In this document: positions 11,081 through 23,162 of the stretch, piece by piece
How the letters are laid out: every line of letters starts with the position of its first letter
How positions within the stretch are numbered: position 1 is the stretch's first letter
Origin: Podarcis tiliguerta
Lineage: Eukaryota
NCBI GenBank assembly: GCA_965153285.1
Contig: OZ229112.1
DNA length: 64,000 bases
Reading direction: 5' to 3' (one strand)
The notes under the pieces: model-generated
Seen by the model: only the letters and a program-made list of their open reading frames with translations
Told to the model about the DNA's origin: nothing
The model's database searches: none
Program-made: the position numbers and the translations under genes

Positions 11081-12392
11081 TATTTACAATCCCGTGCTCA
11101 TGCAGCCTCAGAGTCAACAACACAAATATAGACGAAGAAACGAAAAAGCTAACATAGCAATGCTGATATGCAAAATCACAACATCTCTGAAAGCTAAACT
11201 TCTGCATCAAAAGCAGCATTGCACACTGATCATGCTCCCACATAGCTGTGCATGGAAGTAGCAGTCAATGCATGGCTGTGTCTGAATGACTCCATAACAG
11301 GCTTTTTCACTTTCCTCCATCTATTTATATTTGGATACTGCTTTTATACAGTTTGTGGTTTTAGCTGATTTTAATGTACTAATTATTTTATGGTGCTCTC
11401 AATATTTTTTTGTAGGATACCCTGGTAACGTATTTGAAAGGTGGGGTTATTAGTAAATCTAAATAAATAAATAAAAATTTTAGAGTGCAGGGTCATCAAT
11501 ATGCAAACACCACCTAGCTATCCTCAGCAAATTCTGTTTTGTCTGAATTGGCTTCAGTTCATGATCCCTCATCCAGACTACTGCTGACTCTGAGCACATT
11601 GAACTTGAATTTGATGGAGACAAAATGAGTTAGGTAACTGCCATGCTATCCATTTTGATACATGAGACTTGTGTTCTCTTGCTGAGTCTTCTGGTGATGG
11701 GCCATGATTGGCTGCAGTATTCATTTGGATCCTGTTCTCCGATGCATATGTGGGGTAGAGAAGGAGGCGGAGGAAGTCATGTCCAGGGACTCTGCTGCAA
11801 ATGTTTTAACTTACAATACTTCATTTGCAGGCATCATATTATGCTGCTGTCAGCAAAGCATTCTAACCTGCTGCATCCTCAGGTACACCCAGCAGTTGCC
11901 TTCTGCTGGCCCAAAGGTATTCCTTCCTTAGTGCAACTTCTTCCCACTGGCATACGGCTGCCTTGTTACCAGTGTGCAAGGAAGTTTTATAACGTTCCTG
12001 TCCCACTCAGAAAGCATAATTCAAAGTCAGAAATCATTCTGCTAGGGCATTCAAGGATTTTGTTTAGTCTGCATGTCAAAGTGAACCAAATGACCTACAC
12101 ACCCTAAACTAACGTGCAGAACCTAGAGCAAACATCAGCCTCTGAATTTTGCAATGCAGTATTTCCTGATGTACAAAAATATGTGGGAAATGCCTTAAAG
12201 CGTGCATATTTCAAGAAATATGGTCAAGCACCTTAAAAAGGTCAGAAATATGAAAAATAAAAGTCTAGATTTTATAGATGTATAGGGCAAATGTCCAAGT
12301 TCATTCATTTTTAAAACAACCTTATGAATTAAAAAATTAAAAGTCGACAGAATGGAAGTAGACAAAATTTTATTTGAATAAGTATAGATAAT

Positions 12393-12490
12393 GGGTTGCA
12401 TCCAGTGCTAGTCCCATTCAAATGAATAAACATGACCAATTTAGGACCCATTTCAATGGGTCTACTCTGAGTAAGGCTAGGACCAGATCC
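12393..12490. mobile_element. Palindromic MITE remnant, same family as 42306-42436
   Basis: gggttgcatcc start and ccatttcaatgggtctactctgagta core. Confidence 0.45.
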
Positions 12491-12492
12491 AG

Positions 12493-12790
12493 GGACAAGT
12501 TGTAGTTCAATGGCAGAACACATGCTTCACATGCAGTAGGTACAAAATACAATCACTGGCTAGAAATCCAAACCCCCTGCCCCATCTGAAACCTGGGAGA
12601 GCGGTTGCTAGTGTATCCTAACCTGGGATTTTGGGCCACAACATCCATCATCCCTAACCATTGGCCATGTTGGCTGGAGCTAATGGGTCCAAAACATCTA
12701 GAAGACACCAGGTTGAGGAAGTATTAATGTAGGCAATACCGAGCTCGATGAAACAATGGTCTGGTGGTATATGGCAGCTTCTTCTGTTTA
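12493..12790 (+). mobile_element. Squam2-like SINE interrupted by a hAT MITE remnant (~12615-12720)
   Basis: tagttcaatggcaga..catgcag head, ggcagcttcttctgtt tail, and an intervening cacaacatccatcatccc...aaacatctagaag MITE block. Confidence 0.6.
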
Positions 12791-12970
12791 CCGTTAATAT
12801 GTGTGAGTTCAGTTTTTCGGCATCCTGGTTTACATTACTGCATATTGCTGCTGCAGGAAAAATGGTAAGCATTAGGCTACCTCAAAAACAATGTTAGAAT
12901 ACTGATATTTCCAGACGTAGGCAAGAACAAGAAAACAAGGCATTGCCATTGTCCTTCCAGAATTAAGATA

Positions 12971-13205
12971 CAGTGGTACCTCGGGTTATGAACTTAATTC
13001 GTTCTGGAGGTCCGTTCTTAACCTGAAACTATTCTTAACCTGAGACACCACTTTAGCTAAAGGGGCCTCCTGCTGCCGCAACGCCGCTCCTGCACGATTT
13101 CTGTTCTCATCCTGAAGCAAAGTTCTTAATCCGAGGTACTATTTCTGGGTTAGTGGAGTCTAAAGCGTATGTAACCTGAAGTGTATGTAACCTGAGGTAC
13201 CACTG
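12971..13205. mobile_element. pogo/Tigger-like MITE, copy 2
   Basis: TA|cagtggtacctcgggtta ... cctgaggtaccactg|TA, near-identical to 1876-2117. Confidence 0.9.
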
Positions 13206-15077
13206 TACAAGTGTTGCATTTGCCATGAAGATCTTATAGCCAAAGACACTTCAACATAAATTATGTATGTTGATTACTTCTCAACTGCAGATGAAGCCCA
13301 TCAATGTGTTGTAAAGATCTTAGGACTTTGATCAGTGAGTTTTAGGCTGTAGAAAGTATGGAACAGTGAGCTAGAAAGGAAAATGTATAATATTTTCTGG
13401 CGCAAGTGGAGCAACAATGAAGAGATAATATTTTTTTAAAAGATGGGGAAAGGTGTTTATTAGAGCCATTGGTAATTTCCAACAGCTTTTCCATAATGAT
13501 ATTGTGTTTTCCCTCCCATTACTTAGGGGTTTTTTTGCATGCACTTCACTACACTATTTGAAAGCAGCATATCAAATAAATTAAGTTCCTGTTCTTTCCT
13601 ACCTAGCTGTGTCCTCCTTGGGAAACTGGAGAACATCCCTAAAATAAAAGTACAGGAAAAATACTCTATATACTAATAACTCTCCTCATCCTTGGTCCCC
13701 AAAGCATGGTAAAAGTTGAACTTGGCACAGAATAAAAATTCAATGTTTTCTATACTGTAACTATATATTGTGTTATTATGGGAGAAGTTGATTTTTCCAG
13801 TACTGGTTATTGTTATTGTTGTTGTTTTCCAGATTTAATAGACAATGTATTCATCCACTGACACCCATCCAAGAGTGAGAATGCTCTTTTGGATTTCATT
13901 TTGGCAAATAACAATAACAATTTTTTAAAAGAACAATTTAGATGCATCATAAACAGTTACAGGCCACAATTCAGATTGCTCTGTACTGCCCTGGGAAACA
14001 AGGGTTGAAGGATGGAATACAAATTTAATTTATCAGCATCATCATATTGAATAAGACATAAGAACACAAAACAATGTGTTCCAGATATAGCTATATTAAT
14101 TTTGTTCAGGACTCCCAGACACCCTATACAAATTTATTAAAAACCAATGTAATGTTCTAATTGGCTACACTGGTGAAATCGTGGTACAATGTGGAGGGGA
14201 TCCCCCCTCCCCGCTTTTTCTTTTTTACAGACAAACAAACAAAAATCCATTATCTACAGCAGTACGTAAATGGAGATGTCTGTCAGGGTGGGTTTGTTGG
14301 CGAATGTGAGAGACAATGTTATCTGGAGTCCTTGGCTTGTGAGTTTTAACTACCGTTGGACTGAATGATCATCACAAAATGGAAAGGAAAAAAGAAGGAA
14401 TTTTCTGCTTTGTTGTTTTTAACTGGCGATTGGAACCGACTGTGCAGAATTGATCCACTTGCACGAATTATCTATATAGAGCAACCTTCCCCAAACCATT
14501 GCCCTCCAGATGGTTTGAACAACTCCCAACAGCTCCAGGCAGCAGATACAGACCTTCATAAAGCTACTTACTATTTTCAGACTTTTTTTTGCATTTGTGC
14601 TGACAGTGACTTATAGTCAATTTGGGTTTATGCACCGAATGCATTAACCTATCAGTGGTTTGAGGTGTTTGATGAGTCTTTGGGATCCCTTTGTGCCTCA
14701 CAGTTTTGAGAATGCTGGAGTCTAGGAGATGAAAAATCTGCAAAACGTGGATACATTTTATGGCACTTGCAGATCTGAATAATACTATATGTTTTGTTTT
14801 TTAATTAAACTAAGATTCCAGCAACAAAGATATGAGGGACTCGGAAAGGATGAGAGGAAAGAATGAAGACGTATTCAACATAGCACTAAGCAGAATGTTC
14901 TATAGCACAAGGATTTCTCATTGCATAACAGAATTATTTCCCTCTCTCTTTCCTCTGCATGCCCAGTGTCTACTAGGCCCAACGACTATGTTCCACCTCC
15001 ATTGTCAGTGGGTGAACATTTTGGTCTCTTTGGTGGGCATTTTGTCTGTGCCCTTGGCATTTCTTTTTACAAAGTGT

Positions 15078-15423
15078 TTATGGTGTTGGAGAGTCCCATG
15101 GACTGCAAGATCAAACCTATCCATTCTTAAGGAAATCAGCCCTGAGTGCTCACTGGAAGGACAGATCATGAAGCTGAGGCTCCAATGCTTGGGCACCTCA
15201 TGAGAAGAGAAGACTCCCTGGAAAAGACCCTGATGTTGGGAAGGATTGAGGGCACAAGGAGAAGGGGACGACAGAGGACGAGATGGTTGGACAGTGTTCT
15301 CGAAGCTTTCAGCATGAGTTTGACCAAACTGCAGGAGGGAGTGGAAGACAGGAGTGCCTGGCGTGCTCTGGTCTATGGGGTCACGAAAAGACGGACACGA
15401 CTAAATGACTAAACAACAACAAA
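15078..15423 (+). mobile_element. BovB (RTE clade) LINE 3' fragment
   Basis: Translates to WCWR..VPWTAR.SNLSILKEISPECSLEGQ..KLRLQ / GHLMRREDSLEKTLMLGRIEGTRRRGRQRTRWLD, the BovB RT C-terminus. (CAA)n tail. Confidence 0.95.
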
Positions 15424-16360
15424 TATGTCAATGCTTTACATAAACCATGGGCAATTGTGCATTACAGGTGATAGCATTAGGGGGCTGCAGATGACAAAGC
15501 CTTTGAGGCTGTTGCCAAATGACAATTACCTTTGTGTGCCCATGCTATTTCCTAGCATTGAATTTCACTTTCTTTTCAAGGGATAGTTTATTTTTTGCAT
15601 TGCTAACAGCATGCCTCCTGTGAGCTGGCCAGAGCCAAAATGCCTGCTGAGGTCCTTACCTAGTTTGTTCTTCTTGACCTCCCACTTGACTCTGCTACAC
15701 CTCGCCTGAGATGGAGACACTGAACTCCTTTCAGGTTCCCCACTTGGGAGTGTTGAAGTGTGAGCCTCGCAGCCCGGTGTGCAAGTGGCTGGTAAATGGG
15801 TGCATGTGAGGCAGAGGGCAAATTCCTACCATGACAGATAACTTTCCAGCAATCACAGGCATGCCGATCCAAAGGTGAAGAACAGGGTCAAGATTTGAGA
15901 TAAAGAGAGTGAGCGCTTCGGAGTGCCTGCTTATGTGTCTAAGACAAAATGCTAGAGCTTAATCATCTCTGTTTCACCCTTGTGTCAGCAGCGAAAAGCT
16001 CCCTTTGGATTTCAACTTGAGCTTTCGGAACATCAGATAGCAGGGATGAACAAGTGCTGTATTTAGGCTTCAATTCTATGAAACAAATTTAGTGGAACTT
16101 AGAAATGCCTCCCCACAGAAGATACTATGGCCCCAGACTAAGGTGGAATCCACACCGATATAAAAAGAATTTTAAAGTGTTTTAAAAATACATTGAATTT
16201 TCTACAAGGTTCATCATCGCCAAACAGTGTCACATTGTATATAGCACTTAAAACACACTTAAAATGTTTTATTTGCAGCTGTATAGCTGAGTCCTAAGTT
16301 TGTCCAACCAGTTGGACCTATTGAGCAAACAACCAGGATTGAAGGGTGATCCTTGAGAGA

Positions 16361-16796
16361 CATGGGCTTAGCCAGGATTTATTTTAGGGGGTGCAAGCTT
16401 TATGTTAGGGGGGGGGCAGAACTGAGTTATCTGTGACACAATTGGTCAGTTAGTCAAGTATTTTTATTTATTCACCGTATTTTTCGCTCTATAAGATGCA
16501 CCAGACCACAAGACGCACCTAGTTTTTGGAGGAGGAAAACAAGAAAATAAATATTCTGAATCTCAGAAGCCAGAACAACAAGAGGGATCCCTGCGCAGTG
16601 AAAGCAGCGATCCCTCTTTCTGTTCTGGCTTCTGTGATAGCTGCACAGCCTGCATTCGCTCCATAAGATGCGCACACATTTCCCCTTACTTTTTAGAAGG
16701 GAAAAAGCGAGTTATAGAGCAAAAAATACAGTACTTGGGGTGTGTGGGTGTGGATGTGTGAAATGCTCCCCCTGAACCCTCCTGGCTACTCCCATA
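16361..16796. mobile_element. hAT MITE hosting a Tc1/mariner-superfamily MITE
   Basis: TIR catgggcttagccagg / cctggctactcccata and perfect 8-bp TSD ttgagaga (16353-16360, 16797-16804). Confidence 0.85.
16475..16731. mobile_element. Tc2/pogo-like MITE (CCGTA termini) nested in the hAT MITE
   Basis: TIR ccgtatttttcgctctataa / ttatagagcaaaaaatacag. TA on the right, CA (mutated TA) on the left. Confidence 0.85.
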
Positions 16797-17869
16797 TTGA
16801 GAGATCATTTATAGTATCATTTATGAAACTGATTTGACCATCTTTATACTATCATATGAAACTGAATTGACCAGTTATCCATGCTTTCACAATATCAACA
16901 TTAGACTGTCCAAAGAGCAGGAAGACAATGGATAATCTTTTCCATTCAGAGTCCTTTACAAACTGTGGGATGGTCTGGCCATTTAATTTACTTACTCCAT
17001 CTTTCTGTTTCCTTTTATGCTTCAATTAAGTGGAATAAGCAAAGTGGTGAGTAGGACAGAAGTGTCCTGACTCTTGTGCCTTTCAAACTTTTCAATTACT
17101 ATTTTCTTGGGAACGCAAGTTGATTTCCTTTATTAACAGCAAAAAAATGTTCTCCCTTCCCACCACAGGCCTCAACTCCCAACACCTGACAGCAAGCTTT
17201 ATCCAGACAGCGTGCAGCTGAACAATGTGCTGTCCTGCACAGGACACAATATCAGACAGATTCTCCTTCCTACTCATTGTTGCATACGTTGTTGGTGGTT
17301 CCATTTTTGAGTTACAAGAATACAGGGCGGGAAGCGGGGAGCCATGAGCCCACAGACGTTGCACCGTATAGATTGGTGGTGAGAGAGGAAACAGGAGGAA
17401 ATGGGAGAGACAGAGGAAATGGGAAAAGACAATTATATGCGTGCACAAACTGGAAGGTGGTCGAATAAGGCAAACAAATAAACTGACTGAACAAACAACA
17501 AACAAAGCTAGAGAAAATAGAGGGCTGAGTCTGTAATTTCCTATATGAAAGTATTTCAGGTTAGGAACCTAGAAAGCTGCTTTACTTATACTAGCTGCCT
17601 TCTACTATGTGTCTACCAAGCCATTATTGTCCATTCTGAGGCCCAACAGCTCTCCAAATGGTGTTGGATTACAAATCCTATCAATTGGCTGGGATATGTG
17701 TGATGGGGTTTGTAGTCTGGAGTGTCACATGTTAACCAGCCCTGACCTATGTCTCAGCCCACACTACCTGGTCTCCTTAGCTGGAGGTGCCACAAATTGA
17801 ACTTGAGACCTCTGCATGCAAACACACAATTTTTAATAAATAAGCAGATAAATGAAGACTAGTAATATA

Positions 17870-18050
17870 GGATACTGTTTTATATTGAGTCAGACTGTTA
17901 GTCCATCTCAGTCAGTGCTGCCTACACAAACTGGCAATACCTCTCCATGGTTTCAGGTTGGGTTCTCGCCCAGCCCTTCCTAGAGATGCTGGTGATTGAA
18001 CCTGGGACCTTCTGCATGCAAAGCCATGGTCCTTCCTTAGGCTACAGTTC
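17870..18050 (-). mobile_element. Squam2-like SINE
   Basis: Reverse complement of the 8388-8567 family (gattgaacctgggaccttctgcatgcaaag; ctctccatggtttcagg; gagtcagac). Confidence 0.75.
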
Positions 18051-18439
18051 CCTAGTTCTTTAATATATATTTGGATGCCTCTTCTGTAGGATGCCCACAC
18101 AGATGCCCCCATGTGAGTTCCCCATCAACGGACTACACAGCTGACCGTACCAACTATGCATACTCTGCATGTTGGATGTCCAACTTCATCAACTTCCAGG
18201 GGCACCTTGTATTTCTGTTTTGCATAGCATATGAGGCCCTCCTGTCCAATACAGGATAGACGGGAGAGGCATTGAACAGGCCTGCACACTACTGGTGACC
18301 CTCCCATCCAAATGCAACCCAACAAGTAAGGCAGTCAACAAGAAGCTTTAAAAACCTCTCACTTCGCTGCCTGCAAAGGAATGGAAAAATGGGGAAAATC
18401 ATCAAACAGTATATGACTGGTGAGCTGCAATTACTTTGG

Positions 18440-18565
18440 ATGGTGCTAAGACAGATGGTGGACTATCATTCGTCAGAGGTCTTTATGTGGAGGTTGGATA
18501 GCTACCTACCAGGGATGTCATTAGCAGGGAACTGGGCTAAGGTCCCTTCCAGTTCTATGATTCTG
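18440..18565 (+). mobile_element. Old CR1 3' end
   Basis: gaggttggatagctacctaccagggatg...aggtcccttccagttctatgattct, the canonical CR1 terminus. Confidence 0.6.
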
Positions 18566-18619
18566 ACCTATGCAGGAAATTCTACACCAAATTTTACTAA
18601 GATATCAGGAATGACCTTT

Positions 18620-19126
18620 TAGAATCATAGAATAGAATCATAGAATCATAGAGTTGGAAGAGACCACAAGGGCCATCGAGTCCAACCCCCTGCCAAGCAG
18701 GAAACACCATCAGACCACTCCTGACATATGGTTGTCAAGCCTCTGCTTAAAGACCTCCAAAGAAGGAGACTCCACCACACTCCTTGGCAGCAAATTCCAC
18801 TGTCAAACAGCTCTTACTGTCAGGAAGTTCTTCCTAATGTTTAGGTGGAATCTTCTTTCTTGTAGTTTGGATCCATTGTTCCGTGTCCGCTTCTCTGGAG
18901 CAGCAGAAAACAACCTTTCTCCCTCCTCTATGTGACATCCTTTTATATATTTGAACATGGCTATCATATCACCCCTTAACCTCCTCTTCTCCAGGCTAAA
19001 CATGCCCAGCTCCCTTAGCCGTTCCTCATAAGGCATCATTTCCAGGCCTTTGACCATTTTGGTTGCCCTCCTCTGGACACGTTACAGTTTGTCAGTGTCC
19101 TTCTTGAACTGTGGTGCCCAGAACTG
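18620..19126 (-). mobile_element. Young CR1 LINE 3' fragment
   Basis: Open minus [43 protein letters not shown]...[27 protein letters not shown] (CR1 ORF2 C-terminus) and (ATTCTATG)n tail. Confidence 0.97.
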
Positions 19127-19494
19127 TGGTGTGTCAGACTAATAGGCCATTTCAGTCAGTACTGTGTCTAGCATGGCCTTCAAGAAGAGGTCTTTCCTAG
19201 ACTGGCTCCATGAGATCTTTTAACGTGGGAGGGAATCTGGGCCATTGCATGCAGCCATTGAGCTATGTCCCCACACCCTCCTCTGATACAGGGAGGGCAC
19301 AAATGGTGTTATCACACCCAGGACAATCTCCATTTGCAGTAGATAATGATTGTGTGCCTCTGATGTGCTATGGATTCATAGCAATGTAGAAACTCTGCAG
19401 GTTAAATATGTACCAGAACATTCTGGTGGTTAACCAGCAGAAAACCACAATCTTCTGTTTCTTTAAGTGAGATCTTATGCTGGTAAAAATGGTG

Positions 19495-19960
19495 TATAAT
19501 TTGTTTGTTTGTTTGTTCATTAATTTGTTTAATTTCTCTCTTGCCTTTCGTCAACAAACCACAGACAGTTTACAACTTTAAATCAACAGCAATAAAAAAA
19601 TTAGGCCAGAGTTAAAACATAACATACAACAAACAACTCTTTAATTTTACAGCATTCTGATGTCTGGTATGGCTCTCATTATTATTCCTCAGAAGCCTGG
19701 ATGTATAAAAATGCCTTCAGTTGATAACTAAAGGTAATCAGTGGGGGGTGGAGGATCAGACTTCCATAGCGACAATCTTCCATAGCTGGGAGTCCACTGC
19801 TGAGAAAGCTCCATCCCATGCCACCATCAAATGTATCTCCTTCCATAGGTGGGACCAGCACGAGGACCAGTGCTACTCTCTGGAAATGGAAACAGGAGCA
19901 GAACCAGAAGGTGCAGAGTGCCCACAAGCTCCCAAGCTGCCGCAGGATGCTACCACAGCC
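19495..19960 (-). mobile_element. Old L2 LINE 3' fragment
   Basis: (TTTG)n tail, aagcctgg...gccttca, and ttccatagctgggagtccactgctgagaaagc block homologous to 8660-9005. Confidence 0.55.
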
Positions 19961-20939
19961 AATGGTAAAATATGCTGGACTACTGTCGCCTTTCTCCCAA
20001 CAGAGATCATAAATCAAGTCATTTCCATGCCAAAGCTAGGCCTGAACCAGTTTGAAATGGATTCAGATAATCAGTATCCTCCATGCCTGCTGTAACTTGA
20101 GTAATAAGCAAAAACCCAGTCTTTGTAAAAGTGGCATAGGATTTATAACAAGTCTATGATATTTGAAGTTTACTTTACAGCAGTGTAATTGAGATCGTAA
20201 CCTTTTGCATTTTCAAGACCCAGAAAGGAAAAAGCTTTTTTCTCTAAGTCAGCTTTTGATATGTTCAAATATCAGCCCTATTTTCAGAATATGCATGTAA
20301 CAAAATATACCCACTCCGGAGCCTTATCTTAACAAGCAGCAAAGAAGTGTCTAGCCTACTATCTGCACCTTGCGAAAAGAAACAATGAGCAGCCGAGGCA
20401 GACAGCAAGGCAAGCGCTAGTACAACTCCTTCCCCAGAGAATGGAGGGAATGGAGGAGCGCTAATCATCACCCTGCTGGGAACATAATAGGCCAGAGGTA
20501 ATGCCACTACAAGAAGCAGGAAGGGTGTGGACAGGATCTGAGTGCAGCTGCAGTTTGGCTAACAGGGTCTGCTCCCACAGGCTTTGATCTGTATGAGATT
20601 ATGGGACTCTGTGCCATTAGGTTAACAGAGCACTGAACTGGGGGTTGCTTGTATGGAAATCTTCAATGAATTGTATCCTCACTACAGATGCAGGCACCAA
20701 AATGGACCGTGCCATTCCTTCTGCGATACACCAGATGCTTGAAGAGTCTGCATAACTATCCTCAAATGGCATTGTCTCTCAACAGCCAAATCTGGAGATC
20801 TCCTAGCTCCAAAGGTTATGTTCAACACCTCTAACAGCTTCCCATAAGTCAGAGGTAAAAAGTTTCAGACGGGCCATTGACTCCTCTTCCCAACCTGGCT
20901 TCTCTCATTTAGAATACTTATGATGTCAATGTATCAGGA

Positions 20940-21085
20940 AGGGGTGCAGTTCAGTGACAGAGCACATGTCCTGCATGCAAAATGATCAACCTCCGGCATC
21001 CTCAGCTAAGGTTGGAAAAGACTGCAGGCTGCAATCCTGGAGAGTAGCTGCCAGACAGTGTTGACAATATGGAGCGAGATGGACC
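20940..21085 (+). mobile_element. Squam2-like SINE, degenerate
   Basis: cagttcagtgacagagcac..tgcatgca head and cctggagagtagctgccagacagtgttgacaat..gagatggacc body. Confidence 0.6.
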
Positions 21086-22314
21086 TTAGTTTATTGCTGC
21101 AAAGAGATAGCGCTAAACTTATAATTAGTTGGGAAGTATATGCTATTCAGTGGTTTCTCTGGTTTACTCTATTTGCTCCTTGGCTTAGGAAATTTCCTGA
21201 AGCCTAACATGGAAGAAGTGCAGAGAAGGCTCATTATGAGGTCTATGCTGGACTTCTTTTTGGCACTAGAGTTGCTGCTGCTGCCTAAGATGTAGACTCA
21301 ACTCTGCTTTTTCTCAAAATATAGACTTCTTATCTCTTTGTCACCACAGTATCTGAATCCTTCAAAGCATAGCATTCAATCCAGTATAATCAACCCCAGC
21401 ACACAAATAACTAGAACGCTGCTAATTGGTTTGGTGACAGGCTCCTGCAATGCTGTTCTGAGCTTTGGGGGAAAAATGAATGGGAAGAAGTTCAAGGCTG
21501 AAGCCAATGAAAGATTTAAGACAATATGAATCACCATGTCAGCTTCAATCCAGCTTCTGAGAATGAGAAAATAAAAACAAACTCTTTCCTTTCCAAAAAG
21601 TGAGCATCATTATTCTTTCCCTTAGATCTCCCTGGGAAAAAAGATGCAGGTGCCAGTTTGGGCGTCTTCCTTTGTTTGAACGGAACAATAGTTTTTGTGT
21701 ATGCAAAATAAATCTATGCTTACTGTTTTCAAGATGTAAACACAAGCTCAGTTCATCACTGAATTCATTCTGATACAAAACTTTATATATGTATCTGATA
21801 AAATACTTACTTGGCTCTCGGAGAAAACTTCATTGTATACAGGAACTGAAGGTAATTGTTAATAAAAATGGCTTTAATAAACACGATACTTGGAATCATT
21901 TCTGGTTTCCAGAAAATCCCATCACATGCTGATTCCTTCTGATGAGATATTAAAACCCAGCCCTCTTGGCGGGGATTGAAGGTTAGACCTTTAAAAACAA
22001 TGATAAAGAATATTATGGAAGACCACATGTGTCTTCTCTGTGATTAAGCTGAGCTAGAAATTTCACTCTTCTATCAACATCACCAAAGATATAGATAAAA
22101 GATTAAAATATTATGTTGCATTGTTCACACTTTAGAGAAATAACAACAGCAACATGGGGTACAGTGAAAATAAATTATGTGAGAGATACAGAATGCATTC
22201 GTACATCTCTTCCCAGCATATGCTTCAGCCGACATTAAGCTATGGCTTTGGTTGCCTGATATATACTGTATGTTCATTCTTTACACTACCAGTTGGCTGC
22301 AGTTACTATCTCTG

Positions 22315-23162
22315 TGGGGTGTGGGGGTAGTACCTCTGGTGAGGGACACATTGTGCTCCTTCTAGGGTAGTTTGTCCACCTTTGGTCCCCACCCTGAACT
22401 TAGGTCTGCCCTGTGGCTGCTAGAAGCAGGGGTGGAACTAGGCTTTATTTCACCTGGGTCAAAGACCCAGTTTGGCATTTGAAGACAAACGCACACAGGC
22501 TAGGAGCCTCAATGGCACCCCTCTGGAGGCTTCACCTAGGGCAAAACCCCCAGCTAGCCTCCCCATAGCTATGGCTCTGCTAGAAGCTGTCATCATGTGA
22601 TAACGGCCACACCCCGGGAACGGCTTCAACTGGCTGGCTAAACCAAGTGAAGATAGCCGATGGATCTCAAGCCCTCCATGAGTTAGGGACTTCCCCTGCA
22701 TGTGAAGACAGGCTGTGGAGGATTGAGTGGATGAGACCCATAGTGGGTCCAATGGTCAAGAACGCAGTTTCTGCACATGCTGTAGAGGGAAGTGAGGGGA
22801 GATGGGACTTGGCAACCTGGGAAGGTAGCCCATCTAGGAGAAGGAAAACTCTGATCCCAAACCTCCACTGCCTTGTGGGATATCTTCAGGGGAAGAAAAG
22901 GTTAAGGAGTAAACCTTACACAAATCCAGAGTGGCTTTCCTAAGATGGTTGGGTAGCACCTTGTATGCCTTCTTCTGGCAACTCCTGTGGACGGCTTTCT
23001 TTTGGCCCACATCAGCAAGGCCAAGAGGGGGGCTCTGTTGTCTGGACAGCCCAGGACCTCCACACACACTGGCCAGGCTTGTAGCCCAGAGAGGTCACTT
23101 TGGTGCTGCTAACACAGAGGTTTGACTTTACCCCCAGAGGTGCACTCCATTATCTCTCAAGG
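22315..23162 (+). mobile_element. Non-autonomous RTE-derived element (5' UTR joined to 3' end)
   Basis: Contains ctaggagaaggaaaactctga (RTE 5'-UTR-type motif) and ends gtgcactccattatctctcaag (RTE 3'-end-type). No ORF. Assignment from recalled motifs. Confidence 0.5.
22427..22579. mobile_element. hAT-like MITE nested in the RTE derivative
   Basis: Direct repeat ctgctagaagc at 22417-22427 and 22577-22587. Termini caggggtggaact / agctatggctctg. Confidence 0.7.

Noticed and set aside
21811-21845. 35-nt minus-strand exon-like unit with good splice sites
   Set aside because: Isolated and could not be linked to any reading frame. Such pseudo-exons are common.
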